A stretch of DNA of 58,380 nt, counting the filler, from Sphacelaria rigidula (Eukaryota), in assembly GCA_964200075.2 (NCBI GenBank). It is 6 parts of 6 records of this genome, joined end to end, with 100 filler letters (N's around TTAATTAATTAA, not from the genome) between each part and the next. Parts side by side here need not be neighbours in the genome. Positions count along the whole stretch, not along the records: positions 1 to 9,648 come from CAXNAA020008039.1; positions 9,749 to 19,396 come from CAXNAA020008040.1; 4 more parts are not named here. One strand, given 5' to 3'. The translations under genes were made by a program, and so were the position numbers. The notes under the pieces are model-generated. The model was not told the origin of the DNA. It did no database searches and worked only from the letters and a program-made list of their open reading frames with translations. Below, in pieces: positions 1-13,400 of this stretch (its first letter is position 1; every line of letters starts with the position of its first letter).

Positions 1-939
1 TGGAATGGCGCAAAAGTTGCGTGGACACCCCTTGGACCAGCGGTCAACGTTTGTCTCCCTTTTGGGCAACCAGGCCGAAGAAATCCTGGATTTGGTGACC
101 CTTAGTCGTGATGATTCGTCCTAACCGTGGAAGGTTGGGACGTGGGTTCCAACCTCGGTGAAGCCACACGATCTGGGATGAAGATTTTCGGGCGGTTGGT
201 TGGGCAAGTTGTACTAAGCAAGTACGTTCGATGGTTCCGCAACATGCGGACAAATGTAAAGTTGAGTGAAGGCTCCTCTTATGCAGTTTCAAATTCGAGT
301 GTGGACGTACATCTCCGTGTTTTACAGTAGAAACACGGTTACTGTGTCGATGCGGAGAGACTCGGGAACCGTTTCCGGGGAGAAAGTGGCGTGGTTTATT
401 GTGGCGTCAGTGAACGGCAAATGAGCAGCAAAAGAGTCGAATGTGTGAGCGCCATGGTTGAAGTTGGCGCGTAGACTCCCTTGCGCGCGATGTGCCGCAT
501 CAGGTAACGTGTAGAGAGCGATGGCCTAGCTCAGGTACGTTCTCGGCCGATCGGTGGCCCAGATGAGGTACGATTGAAAAATAATTCCTAGATCAGGCAT
601 ACCTGAGCAAAATTTGGCCTACAAAAGGTAGGCGGTTTCTGAAGGCGAAATGTCCATTTTAGCGTGGCCATATCCCTCGAGTAACATGTTTTCCCCCAGT
701 TTTGTTGCGAGGCCCGGGTGCCAATGCCCCCTCCGAATGATATGCGTGAAAATCCGGAGCGAAAACGGTCGAAATGGCGTGTTCGGCTGTTTTCGCTTTT
801 CTGGTCATTTTTTGTGACTTTTCAAGGCAAATAACAGGAAGGTATACCTTTTCTAGGCCATTGTCCATTTTTTTTCCCCAATTTTTCTCACACGAGCCTG
901 TAGGAGAACGTCGATAAAGTTATTGGCCAGTGTTTTTCA

Positions 940-1610
940 ACACCCAGTATAGAGGATATGATGCGTTCGACTAAAGGCCATTATAAACGTATCCGGGAAG
1001 CACACACAAATTAGACTCGCGAAAATATCATTCTCCCACTGCCCGCCACGAGCCTCCAAAAATGGACTCGAGGCACACCAGTGGAGGGGGTGATATGGAG
1101 ATCGGCATTTTCGTATGTGCGGAGAGATTTCCTTTTGTGACGTGTAAGCTTGTGAACGACTGTTATAGGGGTAGTTCACGGGAGCGCCTAAACTCCCATA
1201 TCTGCACAGCCGGATCTGGGACCCCAAGGGTAACAGGGATCTGTCCAGCGAACTGCGGTCAAGCCCTGGCGATCACTTTCCGGCTAACTCGCTCGCGCTG
1301 GTCGAGCTCTCCCGAGTGATCTAACCAGCTAACCGCCTAAATCCCACGACTTGCTGTCAATCCTTGATTATATAACACGAGGAAAACCATCGGCCACCTT
1401 CAACGGTTCCTCCCGTCACCGGGAGTCTCACGACGTCCACATACGTACAGTATATATATATATACCCTTGTCCGACCTTTCTCCAGCGAGTGTTTTCGTG
1501 TTTCCTCTAACGAACGTTTCCATTTATATTCCCCTGGGTACGCGTATCCCGTCATGTCGGCTGGGTTCGTAGCGGATCATCTTTCACTCATTATTAATAA
1601 GCGACAATCA
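940..1610 (+). mobile_element. Possible degenerate 3' end of a tyrosine-recombinase (DIRS/Ngaro-like) retroelement
   Basis: Frameshifted translation around 1025-1125 gives YHS..ATSL...(I)WRSAFSYVRR. This resembles the tyrosine recombinase C-terminal HSLR.GGAT...GRW.S.AF..YVR. A non-coding terminal-like segment follows, ending TTATTAATAAGCGACAATCAATCA. Confidence 0.3.
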
Positions 1611-1728
1611 ATCAGCCAACCTATCAGTCTACTGGAATCAAAAGTTGTGAGGGCAAAACTGCCGTTTTTTTGCGGCCGCCAGAAATTACCTTGACATGTC
1701 GCTATATGCCCCCCCCCCCTCTCCCTGC

Positions 1729-2011
1729 TGGGAATGATCCTTCCACGTAGTGTTTAAATGGTAAAGGACCCATGAGGCAGTGTATAAGCTGTGGCTCTCA
1801 GGGAGTGGCGATACCAGAAAGTAAAGCAAGTCATTGTAGGCTGTCATCCAAATGCAAGACAATCAGTAGGCTTCGGGCCAAACAATCTCAACAGGAGGCA
1901 GCTCACCCTTCATNNNNNNNNNNCCCGGCGTGCTCCGTCCCGGCTTTGTAGGGATTCGAGTCAATGGTTTGACTATGGCATGCATGATCATGAGTACGCC
2001 CCCCCTCTCCC
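1729..2011 (+). mobile_element. Poly(C)-tailed interspersed retroposon (LINE 3' end/SINE-like), 5'-truncated copy
   Basis: Aligns by eye with 19057-19396 and 27690-28022 (e.g. GGCCAAACAATCT..GCAGCTCACCCTTCA..GCTCCGTCCCGGCTTTGTAGGGAT..GTCAATGGT..GAGTACGCCCCCC); contains a 10-N gap. Confidence 0.75.
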
Positions 2012-3879
2012 TGCGACATAACCAAAGGAAAACGAAACGAACTCGAGCAAGTGATTTGTGCGTTAGGGATAAGGTGCAACGATTCAGATGCTTGCCCTAT
2101 ATGGACTGAGGACGGAAAAACTCAGCCGATGCGCTGATACTTGTAGCTTCATGTGCACTTATAGGGGGCGAGCCAGGCGTTGGTGTTTTGCTGCGTATTC
2201 GTTGTAAACATTTATTACATGAACACCGATGGAGAACGTGGGCGTTTAGCGTGGCCTCAACAGCTCAAAAACTGCCCTTGCGAGCGCATGAACCGTCACA
2301 TGCTTTGACCGTGCATCCCCCATGTCACTCCTCAGAACCTCAGCAGGTTTCTGGGTTTCTCCACCGAAACGAGCCTGAGCCAGGGCGCCGGCCAGAACTG
2401 CTCCCACGTTTCCCCTTTCAAAATGGAATATGTCTATCCAATCTGATGGTCTACATCAACCTGTGGCCTACGAAATACGCGAAAAATGGTTCGCAATCTA
2501 CAACGGCAACTGGGGAAAGGTGTACTGTGTCGGCCTCCGCTTCGTGCGGCGGTCTTTGTCGTCCGCGAGCCACTACCGCCACCGTTCCTGCCGCTACTAC
2601 TGCTTCTCCTCTACTCCTACTACTTGGGCTGCGACAAGCCCCTGTCACTCAGTCCCAAATCTATTATGCAGTCCAACACCAAAAAAACTGCGTCTAGTTC
2701 CGTCCTGGCGTGGCGTTCTTTGCTCTCCCGTATCGCATCGGCATGCTGGTGGCCGGAAGGTCTTTCGTCGAGCGTCACGATGACTAGCCTGTGGGTTTCG
2801 ATTTCCGCAATACCGCAGGGGGCTGCGTGCTATTGATTGATTGTTATACATCCTCAAAACAGTCAGCTGATATGGCTACGCTCTTGCAGCAGTGGCATTG
2901 GATGGCGCGACCAGCAAAATAAAAAGCATCCGAAAGGTATACTATAGTATACATACACCAACCAGGCGTTGGAAACTTCCAAAATAAATTCGAATATCAA
3001 CTGGAGGAGAAGCAACCACCGTCCGGTGTGTCTTTTCCCTTCAGATTACGCCGCCACACACGCGAGCACGGCACTCGCATCGCCGCAAAGATGCAGCATG
3101 CTTTTTGCCGCGACGAGTTATTTTCCGCTCCACGAGCACAGACGGTAAAAAAAACAATGGGTGATAAGATGTTTACCGAAGGAAGGCAAATCAACAAGAC
3201 CATTTCACCGAAGGAAGGCCCCTTGTTTTGAAAGTTGTCAATGTTGTTGCAAGGACGCACGTAGCCGTCAATATGGGCGTCGCAGTCTAAGCGACGGGGC
3301 TACAATTAGAGGATAAGTCTAAAACAAATTCCATCATGGTAATCACTGATTATTAAGTTGACGAATGGATCAATTATCGTCCTCGTGGGTTGTGGTTGCC
3401 GACTTTTTGTCCTACTGTTGAACTAGAACTTTAGGACGGTATTTGTCGCTTCTTGTTTCTTTTGTTTTTTGCGTAGAGGCGAAACTTGTGCTGTAGAAAC
3501 GTAGTATTCGTAGGCGGAACGCGAAAACACGCGCTTGCCTGCAGGCCGCCTCGATGCACTCGGTGAACACCAAGTGTGTCAGCGGCGGTGTCCCTTGTAC
3601 CTGAGCAACGCACGTCAAGATCGATGACGGCACCATTGTCAACAACAAGGGGACAGGCGAAAATGACGCGTGTAAAGGGCAGACTTTCTCTTGTCATCGT
3701 ATTTCATTCCTCTCCAAACCTCCTTGGGATAAGTCTGTGGTATCGTAGAGCTCTAGTCCCACGGGATCATCCAACCGCTCTCACAGTTCTCGATTACCAC
3801 GGTATTTTCGAGCATTCGATTGTGACTACTAGATGATAACTATTAGCTCTCCCGCAGTCCGTCGTCTTTCAATCGGTTT

Positions 3880-6800
3880 TCCTTACTCTTTTTCACGTAG
3901 CCATTTTGATATGGCCAGGAAAACTTGGGGTTCGTACCATCGCCGTAAGCTACTACTATGATTCATCGTAGAGCATGGTTGAATGCTGCGTCTGGCCAGC
4001 TGTGGCATTCAATGCACCAGAGTGTAAGTTTGTCGTTTGACGGCTGCGCCTGGTTTGGTTGGGCGTTATTATATTTGTGTCGACTGACCCACAATAATAT
4101 CGGCCATCTCATAGCAGAGATGTCCCTATCCTAGATTTCTGTATGTTCATCGGAACACCTCGGAGTTATGCTATCAAGCACCTAGAATCTACGAATAGAT
4201 ATTCCGAGGAGTCTGAGTTCCTCGCAACAAGATGCAATTGAGCACACTTCATTGCCCCCGCGCCCCGCTTGGCAAAACACTAGTGTGGGTTGAGCAGATC
4301 TTGTGTGTTCAAATCCCAATACTCGTAGGAGAGTCTCTTTTTCGGCTTCTTGCCGGAAAATGTGAGGGCGAGACTAGGCAAAATGAATTCGATGAAGGCC
4401 AACAGGCTGCGTCAGCCTCGACCCAGTGCTCGAAAGTAGGGTGTGCGGCAAGTGTCGGAGGAGAGGTTGTTGGATCCCCTGAGAAAATGTACTCCCCCAT
4501 GTAGCGGGAGATGTTACAAATACGGCAAAATGTTTTGCACGTAACATGGCACAACATAGCAGCACATCGCGCAATATAAGATATCTCACCTGAAGGAAAC
4601 ATGTCTCGGCGAAAATGTCAAACTTTTCCCTGCCATTACTGGTGGCCGTCATTGCAGACATCACGCCGCAGTCGTCCATCAAATTTCTGTAGTCGGAACA
4701 GCGTACGGTGGGGGACACACAGGAAAACGATCAGCGAGTGCATACATAAAGCCGCGACGTATTTTGAGGGCGACGCCGGCCATGGCTGGCCGAGCAAACC
4801 ATCCCCACGCTGGAGCAGAAACAAATCATTGCTTGCGAGAAATGTCAGTCCCTTTGCCCTGCAAGGATTTTTCCACATGCTTACCCGGAGTCCGACCAGA
4901 TATACAATTATGAATTAAATGAAAAAAACGCAACAAGACGAACATCAAACACACGCTCACACGGGCACAGATCACGGCGACAACCACTCCACCTCTTCAA
5001 GTGGTGCAAAATGACCTGAACTGGGATAACTCGATCAGGGGTCCGTCATCCGAAAGCTCGGCGTACATGAGGTACACAGCGTGCAGCAGCCCCCGGTTGT
5101 CTGCGATAAAGGCGGTCACCTCCTGCACAGAGTTCCAATCAATGGAGTGAGTCAGTTTTTTTGTAGGGGAAATGCTGACCTTCACCAGAATGGAAAGGAA
5201 CGTCTGGACCACGGAAGATCCATCGCTACGGTGTTTGCAACTAGGAAGGTTATTTCAAGAATCTCTGCTTCTGACATTTACTTCGTCTTGATTTTCTATT
5301 TCGCTCTTTACTCGTTACTTTTACCTCCATCATCGGACACGAACTCCATCAACATAATTGACTGATTTGTGCCCCTTCGAGCCCGTTTGGCGGCCTGCAG
5401 TCCTGTGTCGAGCGCCTATTTCCATGCTATATGTATGGTGTTTGGTATTCACGAGAACACATCTGTACGTATAAAGCCGATAGCAGTAGTAAAAACAGTC
5501 TGCCTAGTTCTTCATTTTAGAAGCACGCAGTTGGTCGCTCAACACTCAACTCTACGTGTAACATGTACAGCCGCAATGGCCTGGTTTAGCAGCAACCAGT
5601 TTCGCAGGTGTGAAGCTTAGCAACATATGTGTGTCCGTACCGGTCGGCTGATTTCTACCCCCACGTCATCGGCCGACCACCGGGCGTAGGATGACAACAA
5701 TTGCTCCTCCAGCATCTCTCTCAGTGCTTCCGCGGGTGGACCGCCTTTTCATGGGAAATATTGGATCATGGTCAAAAGTATAGAATTTTCCACGGTCTCA
5801 TTAAGGCGCGTGAAAACCACCAATTGAGCCGAAGACATCGAGCATGCGGTGGAGGGGTTGCGGCTTGCAGGGAATGTTTATCGGAACCGAGTATACATGT
5901 CCAAAACCCGCCACTTTTTGGGGCACGGTGAAAGCATTGGCTGACAGGAATGGAAAAGAGTGATGGTTTGACCGGTTTTGAGTGATGCGAGGAAAGTTAA
6001 TTTTGAATGAAGGCGTTGAATATACGACGACTCGCGGTGTGAAGGATCGCTTTCAGATGACCCGCCGAGAGAATTTCTACGGTCAACGATCCTATCGTGC
6101 TGCTTTCCGCGATGCACACTCGCGACACGTTCGCCACAGATCGAGTCGTAGCTGGTTGATCAGCCGGACGAACGGGCCAGCCATACAGGTACAGTACAGT
6201 ACGGTATGACATACGTGAAACAGGTAAAACATGCATGGGGGCACTATCTCAAACAGCCAAATAGCGTCATGATAGATGGGTGGATGAATGGATGGACGGA
6301 CCGGTTGGTTGGTTGGTTGTTCCATAATAAATGATGATTCGCTACAACCCCACTCGATGTCACGAGGTGGTAGACGTACCCAAGATAAATTACAGAAGCT
6401 GGGAAATTCTTCTCAAGAATCCCGGCGTGCGCTTTAGACTCCCTTCCAAACTCACATCGTTGTTTCCTGGCCTCCACGCATGACCTTCATCGTCTTTCCC
6501 TCAATCGTTTGAGCACGTTAACATTGCTCCGTCGCTGCAATTCTACCCACTCTTCGCTACTTTCACTCTACTCCTACCCTCTACCCTGTGTGTGTTGTAG
6601 GTCGGTCACCTCGGGCTCGTGCAGTCAGTACCAGCACCGCCAAGAATTGAGCCCTGGTCAACACCTGTAAAAAGGACACCGGCGTTTCAACAACGCAGAT
6701 CAAGCTATTACGCATTTCGAGAGGGAGGCTCCGCTATTATCTGCTTCGTGCATCAATCAAGGGAATAGAACGCAAAAGTCGCGAATTTGTATTTCAAAAG

Positions 6801-9600
6801 TTGGCGGTATCCACGAAGGCTGTGGTGGGCGCGCTCACTCCCGCGTATACTTCCCCCATCCGCTCAATACTCTAGTTGAGCTCAAGCATTTCACACACGC
6901 GGCCACTCAAAGACGCAATATTTCCGTAGGATACTTCGCGCTCAACGACCTAAGCGACTCGCGGGTAACGTACCAAATACCAGCATGATGACATTTTTAC
7001 GCGGGTCGAGCAACCCCTTCAAAGGCAACAAGTGGAATACGACGCTGTTCTTCCTCCGTGGCGGAACTCTAAATAGACCGAAGTAGGCGATACGCACAGA
7101 CGGAAATCTAAATATATTGAAAATCGGCCGAAATGGCACCCTGGCAACGCGCCAGTCGTACGGTGACAGCATGGACACCCCTCTTGTGATGTGTTTGACC
7201 GCTTGACCGCTTGATCGTTTGTCGCTCCCACTTGTCCTGAACAATCACAGGTAAAGCAGGACTTGGTACCGAACTCGCCTTGCTGTCCCCTGGATACGGT
7301 CTCCTGTGTGCCTTCTTGAACGAGTTCTTGATTGCACTCTTCGCAATCAGCTCCTCGTCTTGGTCCTGCTGGCCTGCGAGCTGCGCTATCCCGCTCCGAT
7401 GCACCAGATGAACGAGGTCGTTGAACGACATGATGGCCTGGCCTGCAGGCCTCCGTACTCCTCCGCCGCTGCAAAGATGAAGTTACGCACAAATACGTGA
7501 AACAACAACATTGATGTAAGAATACCGAAGGGGATCGCACTCGCATCTGACGAGTCAGTTTTGCTCTGTGCGTCTCACAAAAGACACGATACATTCTTGC
7601 ATCACAAGGAGAAGTTGAACGACCGCTGTTGTTTTGTTGAACATCTGTACCGCACGCGTTACAAGTTCGCCATTGGTGCTTGAGATACCCATCCTGTCCA
7701 AGCAAAATCCGAGGATCAAGTATTCTTCGTACCAAACAGTGAACGACCGATCGGCCAGAGATAGTTTGAACTCTCCCAGACAGTGCACTGCACTTCATCT
7801 AACGGGGAGTAAGGTGATGAGAAACAGGAGAGTTGGCGGCTCCCCCCCCATGTAAATACTAAATACACATCAATGAGACGGGTACATGTCGCACAGCAGA
7901 GCAGAGCGGCATACAAAAACAAGCCAGAGGGTAAAAAGGGTATTATCGATGTTTGAAGATGAAGACGACGACCGGGTCGACCACACCCGGCATTCTCGTA
8001 CTTGCTGCCTGTGTTACTCTGTCACTAAGATGGGACACTGCCGGAAAATATGCACACAAAATAATTGACAAAGGTCGGTGGATCCTGACCTCTGTTGTCT
8101 ACGAAGTGAAATGATCTTTGCGTCGAATTGGTTCCTCTGTAGAACCGGGCAGACAGAACTCACCGATATATCTAGCGGCATTGATTTTGCCAGACTATGG
8201 CATGGCAACGTTGTTCGTGTTTGTGTTTTTCTTCAATACCTGCACGAGGAAAACACTTGGTTCAGAGCTGGAAGGTGGGTCTGTAGCATCGCCTTGGCCG
8301 CGGAGGCCTCTTTGGCATCTGAAAAAAGTCCTGGTGGTGCAAGACAGTCGGGCAACGACATGCGTTACACACAATCGGGGCAAAACATCTCGCATGTGCC
8401 TTTATCTTCTGTTTCGGCGAGTGTTCTCTAATCCGTGGCGTCCAGAACTTTACAGGAATGCCCTGTGAAAGGAACATACCAAAGAAACGGAAGGCGTGAG
8501 ATGTAGCAGGGTAATCTGGTAGACCAGCGCAGCACACAGCTGCTTGTACCGACCAAGCCGTCGAGTTCCAGTGAGCGAGCAGATAACAGCACACCACAAA
8601 CCCTGATCTCAACTCTAGCCACCTCATTTGCTGCAACACTTTGTGCCGACGCACGCCAGAACCGTCCCAGGTCCCTCGCCCGTTCACCTCCACCCCACCT
8701 CAAATGCACCGCCACGAAGTGCCCACCCGGTTATATATGAGGGATACTGTACACACTGTCGGGACTCGATTCGAGCTTTTGTTTTTTGTGGCGCAGATAC
8801 CGACCACGTAATATTATCCTTCGTGGCCAGAATGTTTGACAGCGCTCGTGACATTCTCTGTATCTGTCCAAGGCTCACCGCCAATATCAGCAGATCGCCA
8901 GTCCTGTTCCATGGCCACCCGAATCTCTCCAGGAGTCTCCAAGGGTCCGGAGATGGTGACGCCTTCAACGGTGACGTCAAATCCCGCCCGACCGTACCCG
9001 GGGATGCCCGACTCCCGCCCCCCTCCCCTCGCCAGGTTTTCGGCCTCCAGCTTGGTTTGATACTCCTGCCTGAGGCGCGCACCGTTCAGCCTGATACGTA
9101 ACATGGCGCGTTGGCGGAAATGAACCGCTTCGTTGCCGAGCAGTTCGTTCGATTCCACGCGTGCCAACATGGGTCCTTGTGACCTTTTTAACTTGTGCAG
9201 GTACTCGTGTATCTGTATGATACCGGAAACCCTCTCTGCGTCGGTTAGACGCGGGCCGCTACTCAGAAGCCCGTAGATTACAAATAAGACTTCACCTTAA
9301 AAATATTTGAAGAACACTTCGAAGTGAGGAATTTGGCCTCAGAAGGGAGAGTACATCGAAGAGTGCAGACTAATTCCTGCACAACCTTGTAGGAAGAAAT
9401 CCACTCCAGCATTTCCACGACTGACACCTTCAGCGTTGGCACCATTTGTTGTTTCAAAAAAGCTAGTCGGGTCTGAATAAAAGGTCGGGGGTTAATTGCC
9501 TCTGGTGAGGCGTTCCACAACCCACAATGCGATTTTCCATCCTCAGTAAAAACGTGCTGTTCAATTTTATCTTTTGAAAAATGTTCGATTCTGTGTTCGA
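3880..9600 (-). pseudogene. Decayed multi-exon coding region, possibly a KDZ (Kyakuja-Dileera-Zisupton)/CxC-type transposase
   Basis: Several protein-like but stop/frameshift-broken minus-strand segments: 9270-8700, 7800-7530 (Cys-containing, MFNKTTAVVQLLL), 7431-7280 (MSFNDLVHLVHRSGIAQL, SAP-like helix pair) and 4997-5212. Segment 4320-3890 reads VLNCILLRGTQTPRNIY, then ALNATAGQ..SSSLRRWYEPQVFL, loosely matching the KDZ LL..ESP and N....EQ...L..M....F motifs. Confidence 0.35.
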
Positions 9601-9648
9601 GAAGAATCGAGCTTGTGTGCAGAAGCGGAAAGGAATTTTCCAGATCTG

Positions 9649-9748
9649 NNNNNNNNNNNNNNNNNNNNNNNNNNNNNNNNNNNNNNNNNNNNTTAATTAA
9701 TTAANNNNNNNNNNNNNNNNNNNNNNNNNNNNNNNNNNNNNNNNNNNN
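9649..9748. other. Artificial scaffold linker (44 N + TTAATTAATTAA + 44 N)
   Basis: Exactly 100 bp; palindromic core with stops in all six frames at 9693-9704; identical to four other linkers. Confidence 0.98.
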
Positions 9749-10298
9749 AAGGCCACCCCCCAATGACTCGCCCCCCCCCCCTTCCCCCCCCCAGCCTTTC
9801 ATTCCTCCCTCTTGATCACGCTGACTTTGTTCGACCGATTTGTACCCCTACTTTGCAGAATCCTACTTTCGCCGTATCTTGTCTGCAGACACCCAGAAAA
9901 GGCCGAGACACAGACGGGGAGACGGGCAGAGTACGATTGCGTGTGTCCATCCAATTTTCTGCGAGAAAGCATGGGTCGTGAGCCGCCTGTGGGGTGTTGT
10001 TCCTCCCAACATTCGAGCGGTGGTGCTGTGTTTGTCTCATCTTCTTTGTCTTCATTTTGCCCATCACTCTGCAGTGGTCTGTTCTGACCGCCGATTACCC
10101 CCCACTCCCCACCCCCGCCCTCCCGCTTTATAGGGATACGAGGTCAATGGTCATATGACAAAGGCAAGCAACAATGAGTAATCCCCCCCCCCACCCATTT
10201 TCTCTGCCGCTGTGCCATCTGTTCATTTGTGTGTATCAACGTGCTTCCATCGTGCTCCCCCACCACCCTCCACAATCTCTACCGACTGTGCCGCAGAC

Positions 10299-11327
10299 CT
10301 TCCCCTGTCCCTGAAGTGTCGCTGCGCCTGGTGGGTCCGCCAAATTTCGCTCTCGTCGGGTTCATAGTTGTGGCTGTCCGGTTCCGCCTTGTCTCGCTTA
10401 CGGCTTGTCGCCCACGCCGCGTATCCCTGTCCATCGCACACACACACACACACACACACACACGAACACACGCACGCATAACACAGGGCGGACAAGAACA
10501 GAAAGAAGATGTATTGATTCCTCGACATCACGGAGTCATTTTAAGCATTGAAGAAGGGGAGGGGGGCGTACTCATTTGTTGCTTGCCTTAGTCGTGTGAC
10601 CATTGACCACGCATCCCTTTCGAGACGGAGCAAGAAGAAGGGGAGGGGGGGGGGGAATCAAAGTGCGACTCGAAGCAGTCACGGGAATACATCCGTCCGT
10701 CGGTATCATACAGGTAAATGATGACAACGGAGTGTATGTTCCTTAACCTCTTTTGCTTCTTTTTTTTCGATTGTTTCCCCATTTTTTTGCATCAGAAACT
10801 TCGGCATGGCGAGCCAAGTCGCCCGAAAGGGGTGTCGTGGGAAAATTTGGAAGTAACATAATTTTCGGTAATCGGGTTACTTCGGCAGTCCACGTACGGG
10901 GTCGTCTTTTCGTGGAAAAAAACGAGATCGGAGACTCTCAACACCCCGGAGGAGGTGAAAGGGGGGGGGGGGGGGGGGGGAACCATTTGGTGCCTCCTCT
11001 TGGCCAATTGACCTAGGACCACCCCCCCCTTGGGCGGCCGGCCAGGGGNNNNNNNNNNTCATTTGTTGCTTGCCTTAGCCATTTGACCATTGACCACGCA
11101 TCCCTTTCGAGACGGAGCAGGAGGTGGAGGTGAAAGGGGAGGGGGGAATTGACGAGTGGCTGATTCAATGACTGTCGCACATCAGCTGATCCCCCGGGAT
11201 TCCAGTTGTGGTCATTATCCATACGATGGACGTACCCAAGGTAAACAAAGCGGAAATACTCGCGAATGAAAACTCGAGAGAGAAGAAATATAATAAAAAT
11301 GGAGAATGGAATAAACAGAGTAAACTG

Positions 11328-11367
<40 letters not shown>

Positions 11368-13134
11368 GTGACCGGGGCGGAAAAAAGAGGAAAAAGAAAA
11401 CAAGGCAAGGGGGCGGGAGAAGAGCTTGCGGGGCTCCTATAGTCCGCCACCTACAATAGTAAGCGATCATCGCCCAGACCATTTCCGTTGTGTGCAGTCC
11501 ATCGGTTCATCGTCCAAGGTAAGAGCGGGGTGTTCAATACTTCACTATCTTAAGTCCGGGAAAAAGCACACCCACAGAAGTTGAGCCTCGTTTGCGTCAT
11601 CTTCCAGAGGACATCAACACCGCTCCAAAGTAACATTCCTGCCCTCGAACGTTGTCCTAACAGTCCGCATGATACTCATTCTCACGAGGGAATATTTGTC
11701 CGGCAACTCATGAGCTACCGGAATATTTTGTTAGTTATCATTAGTGTACTGGTGCGGACCACGAGCTAGGCCATTTTGCCCCCCGCCACCCCTCCCCGCC
11801 CCCGTTTTTTTCTTCGTTCCATATTTGCTCCCTACAGCGCTGGACGCCTAGCACTCGGAGTCGCTCAAAGGTAGCGCTTTGGCTTCTCTGACCCCGCTGC
11901 CACGAATTTTGTGTTCTTGGACAACGGATCTGAGAGTCCGCTTCTATTAGTTATTTCAGCTAGCGAGCTCATGACCTGTCTGATGTGTGGAATAGATGAC
12001 GTTTCGTATTGAAGCGCGAACAGAGCGCGCGACGGGTGCTACTCGACTTCTACTGTACTGCCTGTACCCGACTTTTGTGGCCAACAGCTGATCAGCCAGT
12101 GATGAAAATACGCTGCAAAGTGAGGTGCTTCCACGCTACCACGAGTATGTGTGTGTTGTGTGTTGTGTGTTGTGTGTTGTCGCCCCTTCCATTTTGGACG
12201 CCGGTCCACACCTTTCGGTATATGTGGGCGCATCAGCCGGGGTCACGCACGAGGAAGGTCAACACAGGAGGTTTACTTTTTCAATTGTTTTTGGTACCCC
12301 ACCTTCATTCTGCGGTGCTTGCGTTTATTTTTTATCGCGAGAGGAGGTCAGCAGTCCCTTTCCCTCGTCGACCGTTGAGTCGAATTTTGTGTACCCACGA
12401 CATAGTCGCTCTCCACTGTTGGGCATGAGAAAAATTCCAGATCACTCCGAGATTTGAACCCACGGCCCAACCGTCAGAAGGTTCCGGGGTTACCAACTGA
12501 GCCACCGGGGATACCATCTCTCTTTTCTCAATTTTTGGGTTTTGCTCTGAATTTACACGGCTGGTTCCTACCTGCTTGTCCGCGAGGAGGTCGTTGTCGC
12601 TATCCTCTGCGTCATCCTCCAGAGCGTAATACCTGCAAAAACAACGAAGCAACAGATCCAGAAACATAAAAGGAATGATGAGCACAAGTGTCCACAGACG
12701 TTACGAAAGAAAGGTATATCGAGCGTAAAAAGTAAACACGGCGCAGCACCGTACGTAGCACAACAATATCGTTTCTAACTCAAGCCGAACTCCCACTTCA
12801 CCAGCAAAAAATAAAACGGAAAAAGAGACTGATATAGGCGTAAACTGCCGTCGTGACGATGGCATCTGGACTTCGGCAAGCTTTTCAACCCGTTTTAATC
12901 ACGAGTGAAGAGCACACCGTGGTTCCATGAAGATTCAACACCCTCTGCCCCGTCGGCGAAATTGGCGGTTTAATGCTTTGGGTACGTCTCTCATGAGACC
13001 ACGGCTGGACCCCTGGGGGGTCAGCTAAAGTGCGACAACCAATCAATCAATCGATCAATCAAAATGCCCGGACTGGCAATTTTCTTCCTCGGACTTTCGA
13101 AAGAAAAAACATGGTATTATCAGTTATGGACGCA

Positions 13135-13166
<32 letters not shown>

Positions 13167-13400
13167 CAAGCTTCCATATATTCTACTCCAGACGCTAGGC
13201 AAAACAAATTACGCCAGGAGAAAATGAGAATATTCTGGGAAAAAAAAAAAAAAGACGAACCGCTGTCAGCGTAAACGTTGAACACAGAAAGAGATACAAG
13301 TAGACCACTACCTCCGCCCACCGCCCCACCGCCATGAACCGCAGGCACCAAGACATTCGCTACACTTCGAGCCTTCACACCCAGAATTCTCAAACGGGAG
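10299..13400 (-). CDS. 5' exons of a spliced gene with weak similarity to the N-terminus of a CLC (CLC-6/7-like) chloride channel/exchanger; remainder is off-scaffold
   Basis: Phase-compatible GT-AG exons: ~13400-13312, 12632-12572 (YYALEDDAEDSDNDLLADKQ) and 10426-10299 (GYAAWATSRKRDKAEPDSHNYEPDESEIWRTHQAQRHFRDRG). DSHNYE resembles the CLC ESLDY motif preceding the first transmembrane helix. The product call is tentative. Confidence 0.4.
10558..10632 (-). repeat. Short 3'-end copy of the poly(C)-tailed retroposon (subfamily B)
   Basis: Reverse complement reads CTCCGTCTCGAAAGGGATGCGTGGTCAATGGTCA..TAAGGCAAGCAACAAATGAGTACGCCCCCC; near-identical copies at 11059-11120 and 48585-48635. Confidence 0.75.
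11328..11366 (+). repeat. (AAC)n microsatellite
   Basis: Perfect tandem AAC run. Confidence 0.95.
12150..12510 (-). mobile_element. tRNA-derived SINE, apparently full length
   Basis: Minus-strand head CCCCGGTGGCTCAGTTGGTAAC (A box) ... GTGGGTTCAAATCTCGG (B box), then a body of ~270 bp and a (CACAA)n tail at 12150-12180; no complete cloverleaf. Confidence 0.75.

Noticed and set aside
2430-2560. EKWFAIYNGNWGKVYC resembling an RNase H1 N-terminal/viroplasmin motif
   Set aside because: Too short and not continued in any frame
11013-11482. ORFs with poly-V/L/N/C tracts; also HT/CV-repeat ORFs at 10223-10591, 13030-13393, 15194-15858
   Set aside because: Translations of (AAC)n and (CA)n microsatellites; only the 10299-10426 exon within them is supported
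12430-12510. Functional tRNA gene
   Set aside because: A and B boxes are present but acceptor and anticodon stems do not form; it continues into a SINE body and tail
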